Origin: Mytilus californianus | Taxonomy: Eukaryota | NCBI RefSeq assembly: GCF_021869535.1 | Contig: NW_026262581.1 | Location: 103,230,001 to 103,294,000 of the forward strand | DNA: 64,000 nucleotides | Reading direction: 5' to 3' | Part shown: piece by piece, positions 47,750 through 60,420 of the stretch | How positions within the stretch are numbered: the first letter of the stretch is position 1 | Layout of the letters: each line of letters opens with the position of its first letter | Translations under genes and position numbers: made by a program | Notes under the pieces: model-generated | Told to the model about the DNA's origin: nothing | Database searches by the model: none | What the model saw: only the letters and a program-made list of their open reading frames with translations

Positions 47750-49720
47750 TTAATATTTATAGCAACTAATCTGAATTTTAAGAACTGCGAGCAAAATATA
47801 CTGTTTTGACCCCTTCCTCGTTTTGTGAGACTCACCTTGAAAAAACCTGAAATCTCTTATGAAAGATTTAAAATGACCTACTTGGTCAACGAACATTGGC
47901 CAATAAGCGGCAGATGTCCAATCAGGAACAATCAAAGTATGACTACCTTTATCCTGTATCATTTTGTTAATGGTCTGTGGGACCAAACGAGGTGGTGGAA
48001 CTAACCAATTATTCTCGCCATCCCATGACACAGAAAAAGCATTATTGCCTGATGTACCTGTGCACCAGAATTTCGAATTGAGTTTGTTGCATTTTGCATT
48101 GTAATCCTGTGCAAAGCGATCAAAAGTATATGGACCCCATAACTTATTCAGATACGTAAAAATCCAATCGTCGATTTCCCAATCATCACAATCTGATTTT
48201 CTACTTAGACTGTCTGCTTTATCGTTATGCTCGCGTGGTATCCATACTAAATTTAGTTTGATGTTGTTCTCTTGACAAATTTTATGAACAGACATAACGC
48301 TTCTGTGTAATTCTGTTTTCTTACTACCAACTTTCATAATGTGTGGTACATTTTTTATTGTCTGTGTAAACTCTAATTATCATACCATGCAATTTGATCA
48401 CAAGATTTCTTAAAACCCTTTTTACTGATTCAAGTTCTCTCCATGTAGAGCTTTTTACTTTTTCAGTGGAAGACCAACTTCCGTATATCTCTATCGGTTC
48501 GTCCTCTGAACCTGTGGTCAAATGACCCCCGAAACCTGTTTCTGAAGCGTCACAAAAGACGTGATAGTCTTGAACTTCATTGTATGTCAACTGACATAAC
48601 TGATATCCTATCTCATTTATTTTTTCTATATTATCTAACCAAAAACTGCATTCATTTACAGCTTCGAGACTAAACATCACGCTGGAATTCCAGCATTCTC
48701 TTGTAAGTATGCAATCATACATAAATCTAGATCTTAAACGTGCAAGATCCCCTGAAACAGCCTGAGTTGAGATGATCTGTCCAACAATATAAGCAAGTGA
48801 CCTTACTTTGAAATATTTCATTCCCTTTTCATATTGCTGTAACAGATCACTCAAAGCGCTTTTTAACTTGTTCAATCTTTTATCGGTGACTTTCAGTACA
48901 CCCTCTTCCAAACACCAACAAAAACCTAACGACTCCACTTTTTGTACTGGAGACCAATTACACTTTTCATGTGCTATTTCGAAACCAAAATGATTTAAAT
49001 CATTCCTAATCGCATCACTAGCGGTTAATGCCTCCGAATAAGAAGAACCTCCCCCTAATCCATCGTCTAAATACATAACTATTTTTAACCCTTTACTTCT
49101 CCAGTGTTTTACGACTTCCCGAACTACTTTACTGAAAATATAACCACTTGTTGCCAAGCCAAATGGTAACACGTTGTAAACGTAAATTTCTTCCCCCCAT
49201 TCGAAAACAAGGTATGTAGTGTCGGAATGTGAAATTCTAATATGATGATATGCACTTTTCAAATCATATGAAAAAATGTAATCTTCTTTGTTAAACATTT
49301 GTCTAGCTGTGGCCGCGTCTTCGTATTTGTGACGAAATTTAAATAAATGTGGATTTATATGTCTGGCGTCTAATACCAATCTTAGTTTTGACCCATTGTT
49401 AGCTACTGTTAGAGGGTTTATAACATGAGGTTGTTCTTTTACTCTGCTTATGCACCCTTTTTTCAACAACTTTTCGATTTCTTCCGCAACAAAAATCTTA
49501 TTGTTGCACGCCGACTTATTATTTTCTAATACTACACTCTCTGGAATTGTTAAAAACGGAATCACATACCCGTTTTGTATAACATTAATAACGTGTTCGT
49601 TAGCACCTATCTTTGTCCAGTTATTGACATTTTCTAATAAGCTACCTACAGGTGATATACCTGAGTGAACACGATTACTATTAATCGTAGTATGTGTATT
49701 GCTAAGGAATGTTGTGTTGC
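47750..49720 (-). pseudogene. Pol (RT, RNase H and adenine-methyltransferase-like domain), frameshifted
   Basis: PVGSLLENVNNW..IGA..GYVIPF, KLRLVLDARHIN, DLKSAYHH, VLPFGLATS, YLDDGLGG, FCDASETGFGG, STWREL, WIPREHN..AD.LSR, DRFA...NSKFW...NNWLVPP. +1 shift in the T6 run at 48351-48356 and a second probable shift near 47835. Confidence 0.9.
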
Positions 49721-50482
49721 GTAACGTTTGTTTGTATACAAAGGTGTACTCGAACTACTACTAACGTTACGTAAAAACATATTAGTACTTATCTTGTTTG
49801 TATGCTGCACCGTAGCACGAGGACACTCTCTCCTCCAATGACCAGTTTCACTACAATTGAAACATCTTCCAGGGCGAAACATCTTGTTTGTATTGACTGG
49901 AATCGGATTCTCTGGAGCCAGTTGTTTAGTCTTATAAGGTGTTGGCCTTGGATCGGTCTTGCGTTTAGCCTTCTCTTTCTTTATCTTGGAATCGGCTCTA
50001 CTTTGTGCCTTGTATATTCTTTTTTCATCTTCGGAATCTTCTGCCAAAGGATTTGTAGTATATTCGTCGACAACACGCCATCCTGCGTCTGAAGAATCTG
50101 CTAACTTTATGAGCTTTTGCCTTGACTTTATCATTTCCATACCTTCGTAAATCTTTCTTTTTGCGGTTTGGATGTTGTCATTGTTCAAATTTTCTGATTC
50201 TAACTGGCTGTTAGCTTCGAGAACCTTCACGAAAACCTTCTTGTTGTGCTTATACTGTTCTTCATTGCCCCTTTTACGGAACTTGAAGGTCTCTGTCATG
50301 GTCTCGTCGATTTTGGCCAACTGTGACTCGGAAAATGCCTTCTGGCTATCCTGGATGTTTTGCTGGAAACCATTTAACCGTGTGTCGAGCAGTGAAGTAA
50401 AACTGTTCAATAGTTTATCTTGAGTTCCTAGTATGGCACTTTGTACTTCGGCTTGGATTATTTCTCTGATATCGGCGTCCAT
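49646..50482 (-). CDS. Gag-like protein of the PAT/DIRS element (CCHC zinc knuckle)
   Basis: FKFRKRGNEEQYKHN, RQKLIKLADSSDAGWRVVDEY, CFNCSETGHWRREC. Confidence 0.9.
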   Translation of the reverse strand: MDADIREIIQAEVQSAILGTQDKLLNSFTSLLDTRLNGFQQNIQDSQKAFSESQLAKIDETMTETFKFRKRGNEEQYKHNKKVFVKVLEANSQLESENLNNDNIQTAKRKIYEGMEMIKSRQKLIKLADSSDAGWRVVDEYTTNPLAEDSEDEKRIYKAQSRADSKIKKEKAKRKTDPRPTPYKTKQLAPENPIPVNTNKMFRPGRCFNCSETGHWRRECPRATVQHTNKISTNMFLRNVSSSSSTPLYTNKRYATQHSLAIHILRLIVIVFTQVYHL

Positions 50483-50849
50483 TTTAAGTCATGCACGTAC
50501 GAACGGCGGCTAGAAAGTGACAAACAAATCAAACATACCTACATACCCGGATCTAAATCAACCCCTCTGATTGGACCATACGCATATTACCCATAACGTC
50601 AATACAATATTTTCCCGCTTTACTTCGAACCGCGAGAAAATATTAATATGTGTGATCCGTTAATACCCATTACACACTGCTGTGTTAATGTCAAATATCA
50701 AATCAGTCACTACAAGGAAGTCTGACAAAGTTGAATGAATTAGAAAAAATTCTTCGACGGTAATTTTGTAAAAATCAGGTCAATAAAGAAAAGCTGTAAC
50801 CAATGATTTATAAAAATCCTTGCAATTACTTACACCAAACCTCTATGTG

Positions 50850-51340
50850 CTTCTTAATTATACAACTCTTGGCCGTGACCGTATCAGTTCCAGTATCTAA
50901 TATTTATGAATATAATGATTCCCTCTCAACTAATGTGCTGCAGGATGTACTCGGAAGAAGCTACAATATATATGTTGGTGTAATTACTCTATCTGACGCA
51001 TCTTTTTTGACTAGTCCATTTATGAATTTGTACATAAGTACTAGTCTTGATCTTTGAAATTTCTGCGTTCTTCAAATGATGTACATTCTAGTTTCTGATG
51101 CATTTCTGTGACAGATGAGATGTTGTGCATCTGTTCTGAACGTATCTGGCAGTTCTTTGTTGAACCATCTCAATCCGATAATATACTCTTTCAGATATGG
51201 TACAGGCATTTTTCACAGTAGGCTTATTCTTGTTCAAGTTAGTTCTCTCTTTCTTACGATGGTAAGCACATTGCATTTTTCTGGATGGAAACTCATCTGC
51301 CATGTTTTGTTTACAGAGTGCCAGTTTATCAAGGTCGTTT
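50850..51340 (-). mobile_element. Decayed non-LTR retrotransposon (CR1/L2-like LINE) RT 3' end
   Basis: IEMVQQRTARYVQNR matches the LINE motif LE.VQRRAARYV..RY; multiple frameshifts. Confidence 0.6.
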
Positions 51341-52958
51341 AGAAGGTGGACTCTGTTGATATAACGACATCGATAGAATATATGTATATCTGTATTGTAA
51401 AAGTTGTTGACACTGACGAAGGCTATTTGTCAACACAATGTTACAACAAGTGCGAATCCAGATAGTTCATTTTCACTGTCATAAATAAAGGCAACAGTAG
51501 TTTACCGCTGTTCAATAGTCATAAATCGATTAGGCGAAAACAAATCCGGGTCACAAACCAAAACCGAGGGAAGCACATCAACTATAAGAGTAAAACAACA
51601 GAACAACAGAAACACTGAACTGCTACAAAAACAAACGCCAACATACATAGAAACGGACTATTTGATAACAACTGCCGTATTCCTGACTTGATACAGGACA
51701 TTTTAAGAAAATATGGGTGGAACCTGGTTTTATGGCTAGCCAGACCTCCCGCTTATATGGCATTGTTAAAAATAGCGCTAAAATGACAACTTTTCGTGAC
51801 AGGAATTACAGTACAAATAAACGCAAGAACACTCAGGACAGAGAAATACATAAATAAATAATATACTAAACGAGTATTAATATTGTAGAATAAAGGATTA
51901 TGGGGAAAACTGTGTTTGTTTATGTTTTGAAAATACAAAATAATTGATTTGAATGTATTTTTTAACATAATTTCATTGAAATATGACTTTACAATGTACC
52001 ATTATATGATTGAAGTCCAAAAATATATTATTAAAGCAACAGAATCTAGAATAAAGTTATTGAAAGCGATTCATTTTGACATTTGGTGCGATGCATTATC
52101 CCTGTAAGTGCGATCATTTCTGATGTGGAATTTTGGTGCTATGGATTTTCATCGTGGTTTTATGTGATAATTGGACATGCAAAAAACTGACAATATTCAT
52201 TTGATGAATTAAATATTGATGATATTTACAATTTAAAAATCTAAACTTATCGTACATACTTAACCGGTTAACCGCACAGTTGATTGCGGACGTTGTCCGT
52301 TTATTATTTAAACTAACTGTATACCGCCATCTTTGATTGTAAGATAGAAGTACACAATCGGTCTAGTTCTTTCCGTTAATCTGTAAATACTTAGACAGAC
52401 TAACAATTGATGTGTAAAACTTTTCGTTTAAATAAAACAAAAAATAAGGGGTTTATTGCATTATTTAGACTGTTTTAACAAATACTAAATATTTGTTTTT
52501 GTTCGATTCAATTTTTCAATTTTCTTTTTCACTCACAAAGTAAGTATTATCAAATCCTTCTGACTTTATTTAGTTTGTCAAGCAGTCGGGTGAACTAACA
52601 CTCTATTTGATGAAAATGATAAAGATTCCTTCTGTAAAAATGTACCGCATATACAATTGAAAAGAATCGCCCCTACAGTAATGACTGTGAAAATGAAAGT
52701 ATTATATCATTATTCGACAGTGAACATGAATCGCACAACGAAAGCAGCATAGTGGAATTTAACTCAATATTAGCAAACTGAATATCAAAACCTGTTTAAA
52801 GTTATACAACATTAATGATTATGTTAAAAGGTATCTTTTTTCTAAAAATTAAACTTTACTGCTGCTTTTAGATCTCATGCACGCTCTGTTCGTGAAAGAT
52901 ATTCTTAATATTTACTTATTTGTGTAACGATTTTACACCTTGATCGCTGTATGTGCGA

Positions 52959-53870
52959 CCGCCTCGGTGGTCTCGTGGTAGCGTGCTCGCCTCGAGTGCG
53001 GGAGGTCGTGGGTTCGAACTCCGGCCGGGTCAAATAAAGGCAACAGTAGTATACCGCTGTTCGAAACTCATAAATCGATAGAGATAAAAACAAATCCGGG
53101 TTACAAACTAAAACTGAGGGAAACGCATCAAATATAAGAGGAGAACAACGACACAACAAAAACACAACATTAAAATGTAACACACACAGAAACGAACTAT
53201 AATATAACAATGGCCATTTTCCTGACTTGGTACAGGACATTTTAAAGAAAAAATGGTGGGTTGAACCTGGTTTTGTGGCATGCCAAACCTCCCGTTTTTA
53301 TGGCAACGTCAAACACAACACCAAAACGACAACATCACATGACAGGACCACAATACAAATAAATGGGAGAACATATAGGACAAAGAAACACACGAATAAT
53401 AGCTAGCAGAAGGTACTAGGCTTAAAATTCAATACGCCAGACGTGCGTCTCGTCCACACAAGACTAACCAGTGACGCTCAGATAAAAAAAGATTGAAAGC
53501 CAAAACAAGTACAAAGCTGAAGAGCACCGAGGACCAAAACTTCCAAAAAGTTGCGCCTAACACGGCCAGGATTTTCTGCCTGGGACCAAGACATTAAAAT
53601 TGGTATTTGCTGCTTCTCCACCAAGCACGCAGCATTAAGGAGTAAGAGCAAAGACTGGTCAGCCCGGAGTCAGAATAATGTGTCCGGGTAAGGTTATAGT
53701 CTTCCTGCGGACTGTTACTTTGTGAACCAGCACATTAAAAATCCGGCTCAGCGTGTCGTCTAATACAAAGCAGGGTTCACAATCATATTAAATTAACATG
53801 TTCTCGTCCTGAATATGCATATTAATTTGCCACTGGACGTTAAGCAGCCAGCCATCATCATCATCATCAT
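52959..53870 (+). mobile_element. tRNA-derived SINE (MetaSINE-like core) with 12-bp TSD, interrupted by a Penelope-derived insert (53033-53590)
   Basis: A box TGGTCTCGTGG and B box GGTTCGAACTCC; core TGGTATTTGCTGCTTCTCC..AAGCACGCAGCATTAAGGAG; (ATC)n tail; TSD CTGTATGTGCGA at 52947-52958 and 53871-53882. Confidence 0.85.
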
Positions 53871-54451
53871 CTGTATGTGCGATATAAACCCGTCTACATC
53901 TCTTACTTAAGCTTATGATACAAGTTTTTAAAACAATCCATTTTATATATTATTTATTATTTTATTCCAAAATCATAAAATTTTCGTCTGTTTATCTATC
54001 ATTCTACATTAGAAATGTATGGCATATACAGTGAAAATGATATTTCAGGATCCGCACTTTATATACACTGATCTTCGTATATTACCATCTTATATTTAGT
54101 ACCGTTGCGCAAATCTTTAGACTTTTGTATATAGGCCAGGGAAGAACATTGTTTGGCTGTTATTTAGACGAATTATATATACAGAATGTGTTTTCAGCCT
54201 TGTATCATCATCACTGGTGATCCAATGGATAAAATCTGTCGTAAAGCTGTCACTGGTTCAGACGTACTTATAATAAAATTATTTCTGTGACTGCATCCTA
54301 TATCAATTCGTAAGATCCTCTACGATAGATAATTCAGCTGATCTGTAATATTCCATCTTCATCCCTTATATATCATGTACTGTGTTACGACGCTAGATAA
54401 AAATTGACGAGGAAAGGTAACATCCGGCCACCGAATGCTGGATTTTTGTCG

Positions 54452-55560
54452 AGCGTAGGTGGTCCAGTGGTCTAGCGCGCCGGGCATAGTGCAAGGCGAT
54501 TGGTGCCACGATATCTCAGTAGCATGAGTTCAAATCCCGGCCAGGGAAGAACAAAAATTTGCTTCCGCAAATTTACAGATCTAACATTGTTGGGCTGTTA
54601 TTAAGACGAATTATATATATATTTTATCATATACTTATAGAAAATAATGGTATAATTGTACTCCATGATAAAACTAATTTGTACATATATTTATTCATTA
54701 AATTTGAAGAATTGCTTTTGCCGTGTGATATGACTTTTGTTATCAACTGCTCCCGGTTTATATCAACTGCTTCCGTTTTATGTCAACTGCTTCCGGTTAT
54801 TAGCGCATGCCTTTCTGTAACGTTATCGCATGACAATTCGACGTCATTCGGCAAATTCCGGAAAATACACCTCAATATCGTACGTATTTTGTGTAAAACA
54901 TAACAAAGTTGGATGAAAAAAATATTAGGAATCAAGAAAATATATTATTAAAAAATGCAAAACAAATATTACAACAAATGCATTTTTTCAAAGTTTTAAA
55001 AATATTTTGTGTCTGTATGTCTTCTGCTGAAGTATATTATAAAAAGAATATAACATGTCATTTAAATTTTCATATCAGACCCCTTATCAGCCCATGGTCA
55101 AAATCATCACTCGAGCCTGTCGGCTCTCGTGCTGATATCGTGACCTAGGGCTGATAAGGGGTCTGATATGAAAAATGCCATGTTAACGTTGTTTTCAATT
55201 TAGACTTGTTTATAATCTATACATACATATATATAAGTACGTTTAAACAAGAGACATACGATAGATCCATCCATTGGAATACCAGTAAAGGTGATAAACG
55301 GCTAAAACACATAGTATATTCATAATTACTCTAAATATCAGCACAACAATGTTAAATCTGCAAATTTGCGGAAGCAAATTTTTTTTCCTTCCCTCCCCAG
55401 GATTCGAACTCATGCTATTGAGATATCGAGAGACATCACCGTCTGCACTAGCTGTGTCCAGCGCTCTAGACCACTCGGCCACCTAGAGGGAAGAACAAAA
55501 ACTTGCTGCCGCAAATTTGCAGACTGTTTAACATTGTTGTGCTGATATTTAGAGTAATTA
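54452..55560. mobile_element. Second tRNA-derived SINE family: + copy 54452-54620, - copy 55322-55487 fused to a + 3' fragment 55488-55560, deleted copy near 54135-54185
   Basis: GGTGGTCCAGTGGTCTAG A box and GAGTTCAAATCCC B box; shared tail GCAAATTT(A/G)CAGA..AACATTGTTG..AATTATATATA. Confidence 0.75.
55052..55184. repeat. Strong hairpin (26-bp perfect arms), probably the core of a palindromic MITE
   Basis: TTTCATATCAGACCCCTTATCAGCCC (55068) / GGGCTGATAAGGGGTCTGATATGAAA (to 55173). Confidence 0.8.
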
Positions 55561-58500
55561 TATATATATATAATTACAACCAATAGAAATATTTAAAATT
55601 GATATACAGTGGCGGATCCAGGGGGAGGGGGGCCGGGGGTTGGAACCCCCCTTTTTTTGACGATCAATGCTTTTGAATGGGGACATATGGTTGGACCCCC
55701 CCCCCCCCCCCCTTTATCCTGGGTTGAAACTTCCCTTTTAAAAATGGCTGGATCCGCCTCTGATATGGTAACTTGTGTAAAAGTAAGATTTTTAAAACAA
55801 AACAATTAAAATTGTTTAGAAAATTATAAATATTTGATGAAATTTTTATGAAAATCAGTTTGAAAATGAGTTCAGAGAATTTTTTGAAATTTGGATAGTA
55901 GGAGAAATCTTGAAAAGGGATTGGCTTTTGTCAGCCTACTGGAAATTAAACACCTCCATGTCAAATTTGCGAGATAATCTGTTTTATAGTATTGAAAAGA
56001 GCAAGGATTACAAATCCTTGAAAAGAGTCACGTTTTGTTATTTTTTCCTGCAACCCTTCTTCTTATCGTGTTTGCTTGATATCTTTAAATGATCGATTGA
56101 ATGTACCTGAGGCTGTACCAAGTAGAATTTGGTTTGTGGAAATAAATTAAAGCATAAATAACCAAGAGACTTATGTATATGTGTCTCTGGATAACACTAA
56201 AAAACACGGATGCCCCACTCGCACTATCATTTTCTATGTTTAGTGGACCGTGAAATTACATTGAAAACTAAAATGTCACTCCACCTTTATTGTTCAACAA
56301 AATTTCAATAACGAAATGCATAATTTTCCTCTAAAGCATTGCCACTATAATTAGCGATACTGCACTGCTAACGATATCAGCGAATATTACACGCCAACTT
56401 TGGAATCTATCATATGGAACGCACTGTATTTCTGTTTCAGCTGCTGAACATCCGGGCATTGTTAATCTAATCGATATTCAAGATGGAAACGAAAACAAGT
56501 GTAGAGAAACAGTCTGAGGAAAATTATGAACAGATTGGTTTACGATATTTACATTGGCTTTCAGAGTAATTTTAAAGAAAGTCCTGTTGAAGGTACACTG
56601 CATTTGTAACATAAGATAATGTCCCCTATGAAAATATTGTTCTACGGACAAAAAATCGTACAAAATATTGAAAATATTGTCTGTAGACAATACAGACAAT
56701 ATTTTATATTCCGAAGTAAGGGATATTCGGCCGCTTAATGACTTCCTTTTCATTTTATATGTGTAAATGACTCAACTATTTTATTTACTACCGGCAGAGA
56801 CATATATATGGGTCTTTTTCAAAATTTGTCCCTCATGTCCATATTCTTGTACGGCTGGTCAACCTGTGAGGAAAATACGGCTTTATCATCATTTGAATGT
56901 TGGTGTCTTGCATAGTGCAATGTAAGTTCTACTACTTGCAGAAGAAAAATAAGGAATAGGTCTGACAGTGGATTTTCTTGGAAATCGTGCTCAAAGCTCT
57001 AAAATGACCCCAAACTGCATGACCCAACTTCAAAAATATCAAATATCGTATCAAAATAGACATCATTACAATTACACAAATCTTACAATTTTCTGTTTTA
57101 AGGTAGAAAATCACACTGTAGATTGATATTTTAAAGCCTTTAAATAATAGTTGGTTTTGGTTTCAGATTTATCTTAATGTTGTATAGTGTACTTGATATT
57201 TTGTCAACTACATAACAAAAACGTTTTCGCTTGCTATAATATAACTTCTTACACTCCATTTTTATCTTGAAAGTGCCTCAGCTATAACTCTACACGTCAT
57301 TATCAGTGTTCCCGCCTGCCCTAAATAGAAGGGCGGCCCGCCCTTGGTGCCCTTACCCCCGCCCTTCTGCCCTCCAAAGTAAAAGAATGCACCCCTCTGC
57401 CTTTTCAAAAAAATAAAATTTCCAAATTTCATGCCTACCGGCGTTTCCGGTAAAATTGTTACCTGATTGTGTAACACTAATTAACTGACAATGGGATTAA
57501 TTTAAATACCTAGTGCTTTGGCAGTTTTATCACATTTGTTAATGATTGTTTACTGCTAATTAGTGGATTTAAGATAATTGAACAAATACTAGATATTTAA
57601 TACAGAATGAAATGTCCACATGTTATCCATTTGTAATGTTTATGTACAGCATGTACACCTGAAAAAAATTATTTCAGTAGGCATAACATAAAAAATAAAA
57701 TCTTAAACAATTTTAAAGGCATACATAGTTTTGACTTAATTGGTAAAAAATGTTTTGTTTCATAACCATGAGTATGAAATTTAAAGAGGAATCAAAGATA
57801 TTTGTACTTTGAACATAACAAGATTCACTTCCTGTTTTTAATACTTCTTGTATTTTATAATCCTCCTGACATAGGAGCACTCAACAAATTTATTTTAACA
57901 ATGATGGAGAAAAAAGTAACTGTTTATACCTTCTGCAATATATTATTGCATCAATATAAAATATGATCATCTCCTGTCTCACCTGTTATATTTATAAAAC
58001 TCCTTACTGAGGAGCACTTTGGTGTGCACTTAAAAATACTTTTTTGTAACAATTCAAATGATAATTCCCTCCACTCCCATTTCGATGTAAGTAAAACAAA
58101 ACTCAACACATAAGTAATGATAATCATATTTTGGCATAAATAAACATTTACAATCATACATATGTCATAAATAATTTTTCATTTAAAGTCCATATTAATT
58201 ATAAATATTAACTTCCAAAATATATAAATGCACCAGTCACATCCCATATTAAAGACATCAAATTCAGCAATCTGCATTATCTGAAAAAGACTAACATCTT
58301 CGATTTAATAAGGTATAACGCATGTACAAAAAATGTTCAAGTAATACAAACAAAAACAAAAAATGGGCGGGAGGGTGGGTAAATTAAACGTGTTGAATTG
58401 ACCAGTAAACTAATTCAAATGACAAGGGAAAATGAAATTTGCCAGAAGTGAACAGATATTACTATCAACCAATCAGAGGAGATTAAAATACGAACGATAA

Positions 58501-58992
58501 ATTATGCATACAAACAGGTAACGAGTTATGTCGAAAGTATCCGAGATGGAATTAAGCATTTTTAATTGATTAAAAATTTACCAATTCCCTCCACTCCCAT
58601 TTCGATGTAAGTAAAACAAAACTCAACACATAAGTAATGATAATCATATTTTGGCATAAATAAACATTTACAATCATACATATGTCATAAATAATTTTTC
58701 ATTTAAAGTCCATATTAATTATAAATATTAACTTCCAAAATATATAAATGCACCAAACCAACGGCCACTATAAAGTGTCCAGTGTTAAATAAAAACTACA
58801 CTATAATATAAACATACCTGATAATACAACCAACAAATACTGGAATCCTGCAAACTAATAGAGGTTCACAGGTAAACCAGATGTAGAAGTAATGGTCTAG
58901 CCCAGCTTTCTTGACCATCATCTTCTGAAAAATAAAGTTAAAAACCACAAAGTATCTTGACCAAAAAAGTACATGTAAATACAATATTCTAA

Positions 58993-59544
58993 TTACAAAT
59001 GATTAACTACACCTATAAAAAAGTTTCGTATAACAGAAACGCCAAAATAACTTAAAATAAAATGTAATCTATCTTTACAAAAGCATTTTCTTTTATAAAT
59101 AGATCCTGGTTGCTGAACAAATTGCTTGTAAGTTTTAACAAATAAAATATTTCTCTTTAACGTTAACTTCGCCAATGCTTTATTACAATCTATAACAGTT
59201 TGTTTTGTGTCATCAAAATCTATGGGTCTTGGCAAAATTGCTGAAACTATTATCTTTAAAGACGGTAAAGTGTTGCAAATAAAATCAATTAAATTATTGT
59301 AATATTGAATTATCAATTTACTGGATAAACCATTCCCAACATCGTTTGTGCCTACATGCAATAACAAATGTGTGTATCTTCTCAACAGTGCTTTATTGTC
59401 TTTCACAAATTGATGAAGTGTGTATATATTAGCACCAGATATAGCATTGCATTCCAGCCAGTTAATGTTATTTACGTATTTGCAAGTAGAATCTGACAAC
59501 AACAAAACCTTATTTTTTGACACATTGTCTACAAAAAAAAACAA
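58993..59544 (-). CDS. SGNH/GDSL hydrolase ORF of the Ngaro element
   Basis: Block I LLLSDS, block III HVGTND, IIVSAILPRP, block V DRLH. Preceded by a poly-T..GTAG acceptor right after the YR stop. Confidence 0.88.
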   Translation of the reverse strand: MFFFVDNVSKNKVLLLSDSTCKYVNNINWLECNAISGANIYTLHQFVKDNKALLRRYTHLLLHVGTNDVGNGLSSKLIIQYYNNLIDFICNTLPSLKIIVSAILPRPIDFDDTKQTVIDCNKALAKLTLKRNILFVKTYKQFVQQPGSIYKRKCFCKDRLHFILSYFGVSVIRNFFIGVVNHL

Positions 59545-59547
59545 AAA

Positions 59548-60420
59548 TTAAATGGGAATTTCCTCAGCCATAGCTCGTGATATAGACAATTTGTCATGTA
59601 AATCAAATTCTAAATAAACTTTATAGGCATCACTACGCCAATCCCCGTGAAATTGTATTAACTCAGAAGGAACTTTACTGTGAAAAGCCCATGTAGCCCC
59701 TCCTCTGCGAAAAGAATGAGAGGAAAATTTAGAAGAGTCTAACCCACACCTTTCTAAAATGTCTCTGAGTTTTTTCTGAAAAAAAGAATAACATAAAATT
59801 TTATTGCCTTTAGTTTGTGGAATTAAAAAGGCGGGGTCATCAGCATTGGCTGGTACTAGAGTGCACATACGATTGTAAGCATTATACGGACAAAGCGGGG
59901 AATCTTTTATCTTAACCAATGGTAACTCAAGTTTCCTATTACCATATTGAATGGTTTTTGACCATTCCATTTTAACCAACAAGTAATCACTATGAACAAT
60001 GACGTTATTTCTGCATAATAGTTTGCGTGGATCAAAATTCTTTGCCGAGGTTGGAACTAGATTGGACTTTCTAACCATGAGAAAAAAGGCAAACAAAAAA
60101 CAGCACCAGAAAGTTACATCAGACGGATTAGACATATCAAAAAATTCATACATTTTCAAAAGAATATGTGGAGTAATAGGCAAAGCTCTGTGAGGCATAT
60201 GAGGATTTTGACGAGACAAACCTCTAAACAATAATTTTATGGAAAACCAATCTTCCGTTGGAAACTCAAATCCTAATAGCAAATGTAACGTCTTGACACC
60301 ACTAATATAATTCTGAATAGAAGCTACACTCTTAAAACTTCTACTTAAAAAACTTCCATATAGACAAAGAGTATTTACAGAAGTAGGTAAAGGTGATATA
60401 TTGAAATATGTGCAAAATAA
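59548..60420 (-). CDS. Tyrosine recombinase (Ngaro), open frame lacking only the extreme N-terminus
   Basis: LFCTYFNISPLP..SIQNYISGVK, FFLMVRKSNLVP, WSKTIQY, SPLCPY, SSHSFRRGGAT, GDWRSDAYKVY; no internal stops. Confidence 0.9.
   Translation of the reverse strand, partial: LFCTYFNISPLPTSVNTLCLYGSFLSRSFKSVASIQNYISGVKTLHLLLGFEFPTEDWFSIKLLFRGLSRQNPHMPHRALPITPHILLKMYEFFDMSNPSDVTFWCCFLFAFFLMVRKSNLVPTSAKNFDPRKLLCRNNVIVHSDYLLVKMEWSKTIQYGNRKLELPLVKIKDSPLCPYNAYNRMCTLVPANADDPAFLIPQTKGNKILCYSFFQKKLRDILERCGLDSSKFSSHSFRRGGATWAFHSKVPSELIQFHGDWRSDAYKVYLEFDLHDKLSISRAMAEEIPI

Larger units (their letters stand above)
45992..50645 (-). mobile_element. DIRS-order YR retrotransposon, PAT-like (split direct repeats A1-gag-pol-YR-B1-A2-spacer-B2)
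   Basis: A1 50483-50645 matches A2 46403-46565 (163 bp, no differences seen); B1 46561-46644 is nearly identical to B2 45992-46076. The same TATTA core occurs at both ends and at the B1/A2 junction. Confidence 0.95.

Noticed and set aside
52959-53032. tRNA gene (also 54452-54545 and 55390-55487)
   Set aside because: The A and B boxes are followed by SINE bodies and tails with no acceptor stem closure, so these are SINE heads.
57305-57560. GC-rich DNA-transposon end (CAGTGTTCCCGCC...)
   Set aside because: No partner TIR or TSD was found in the window, so it was not called as an element.
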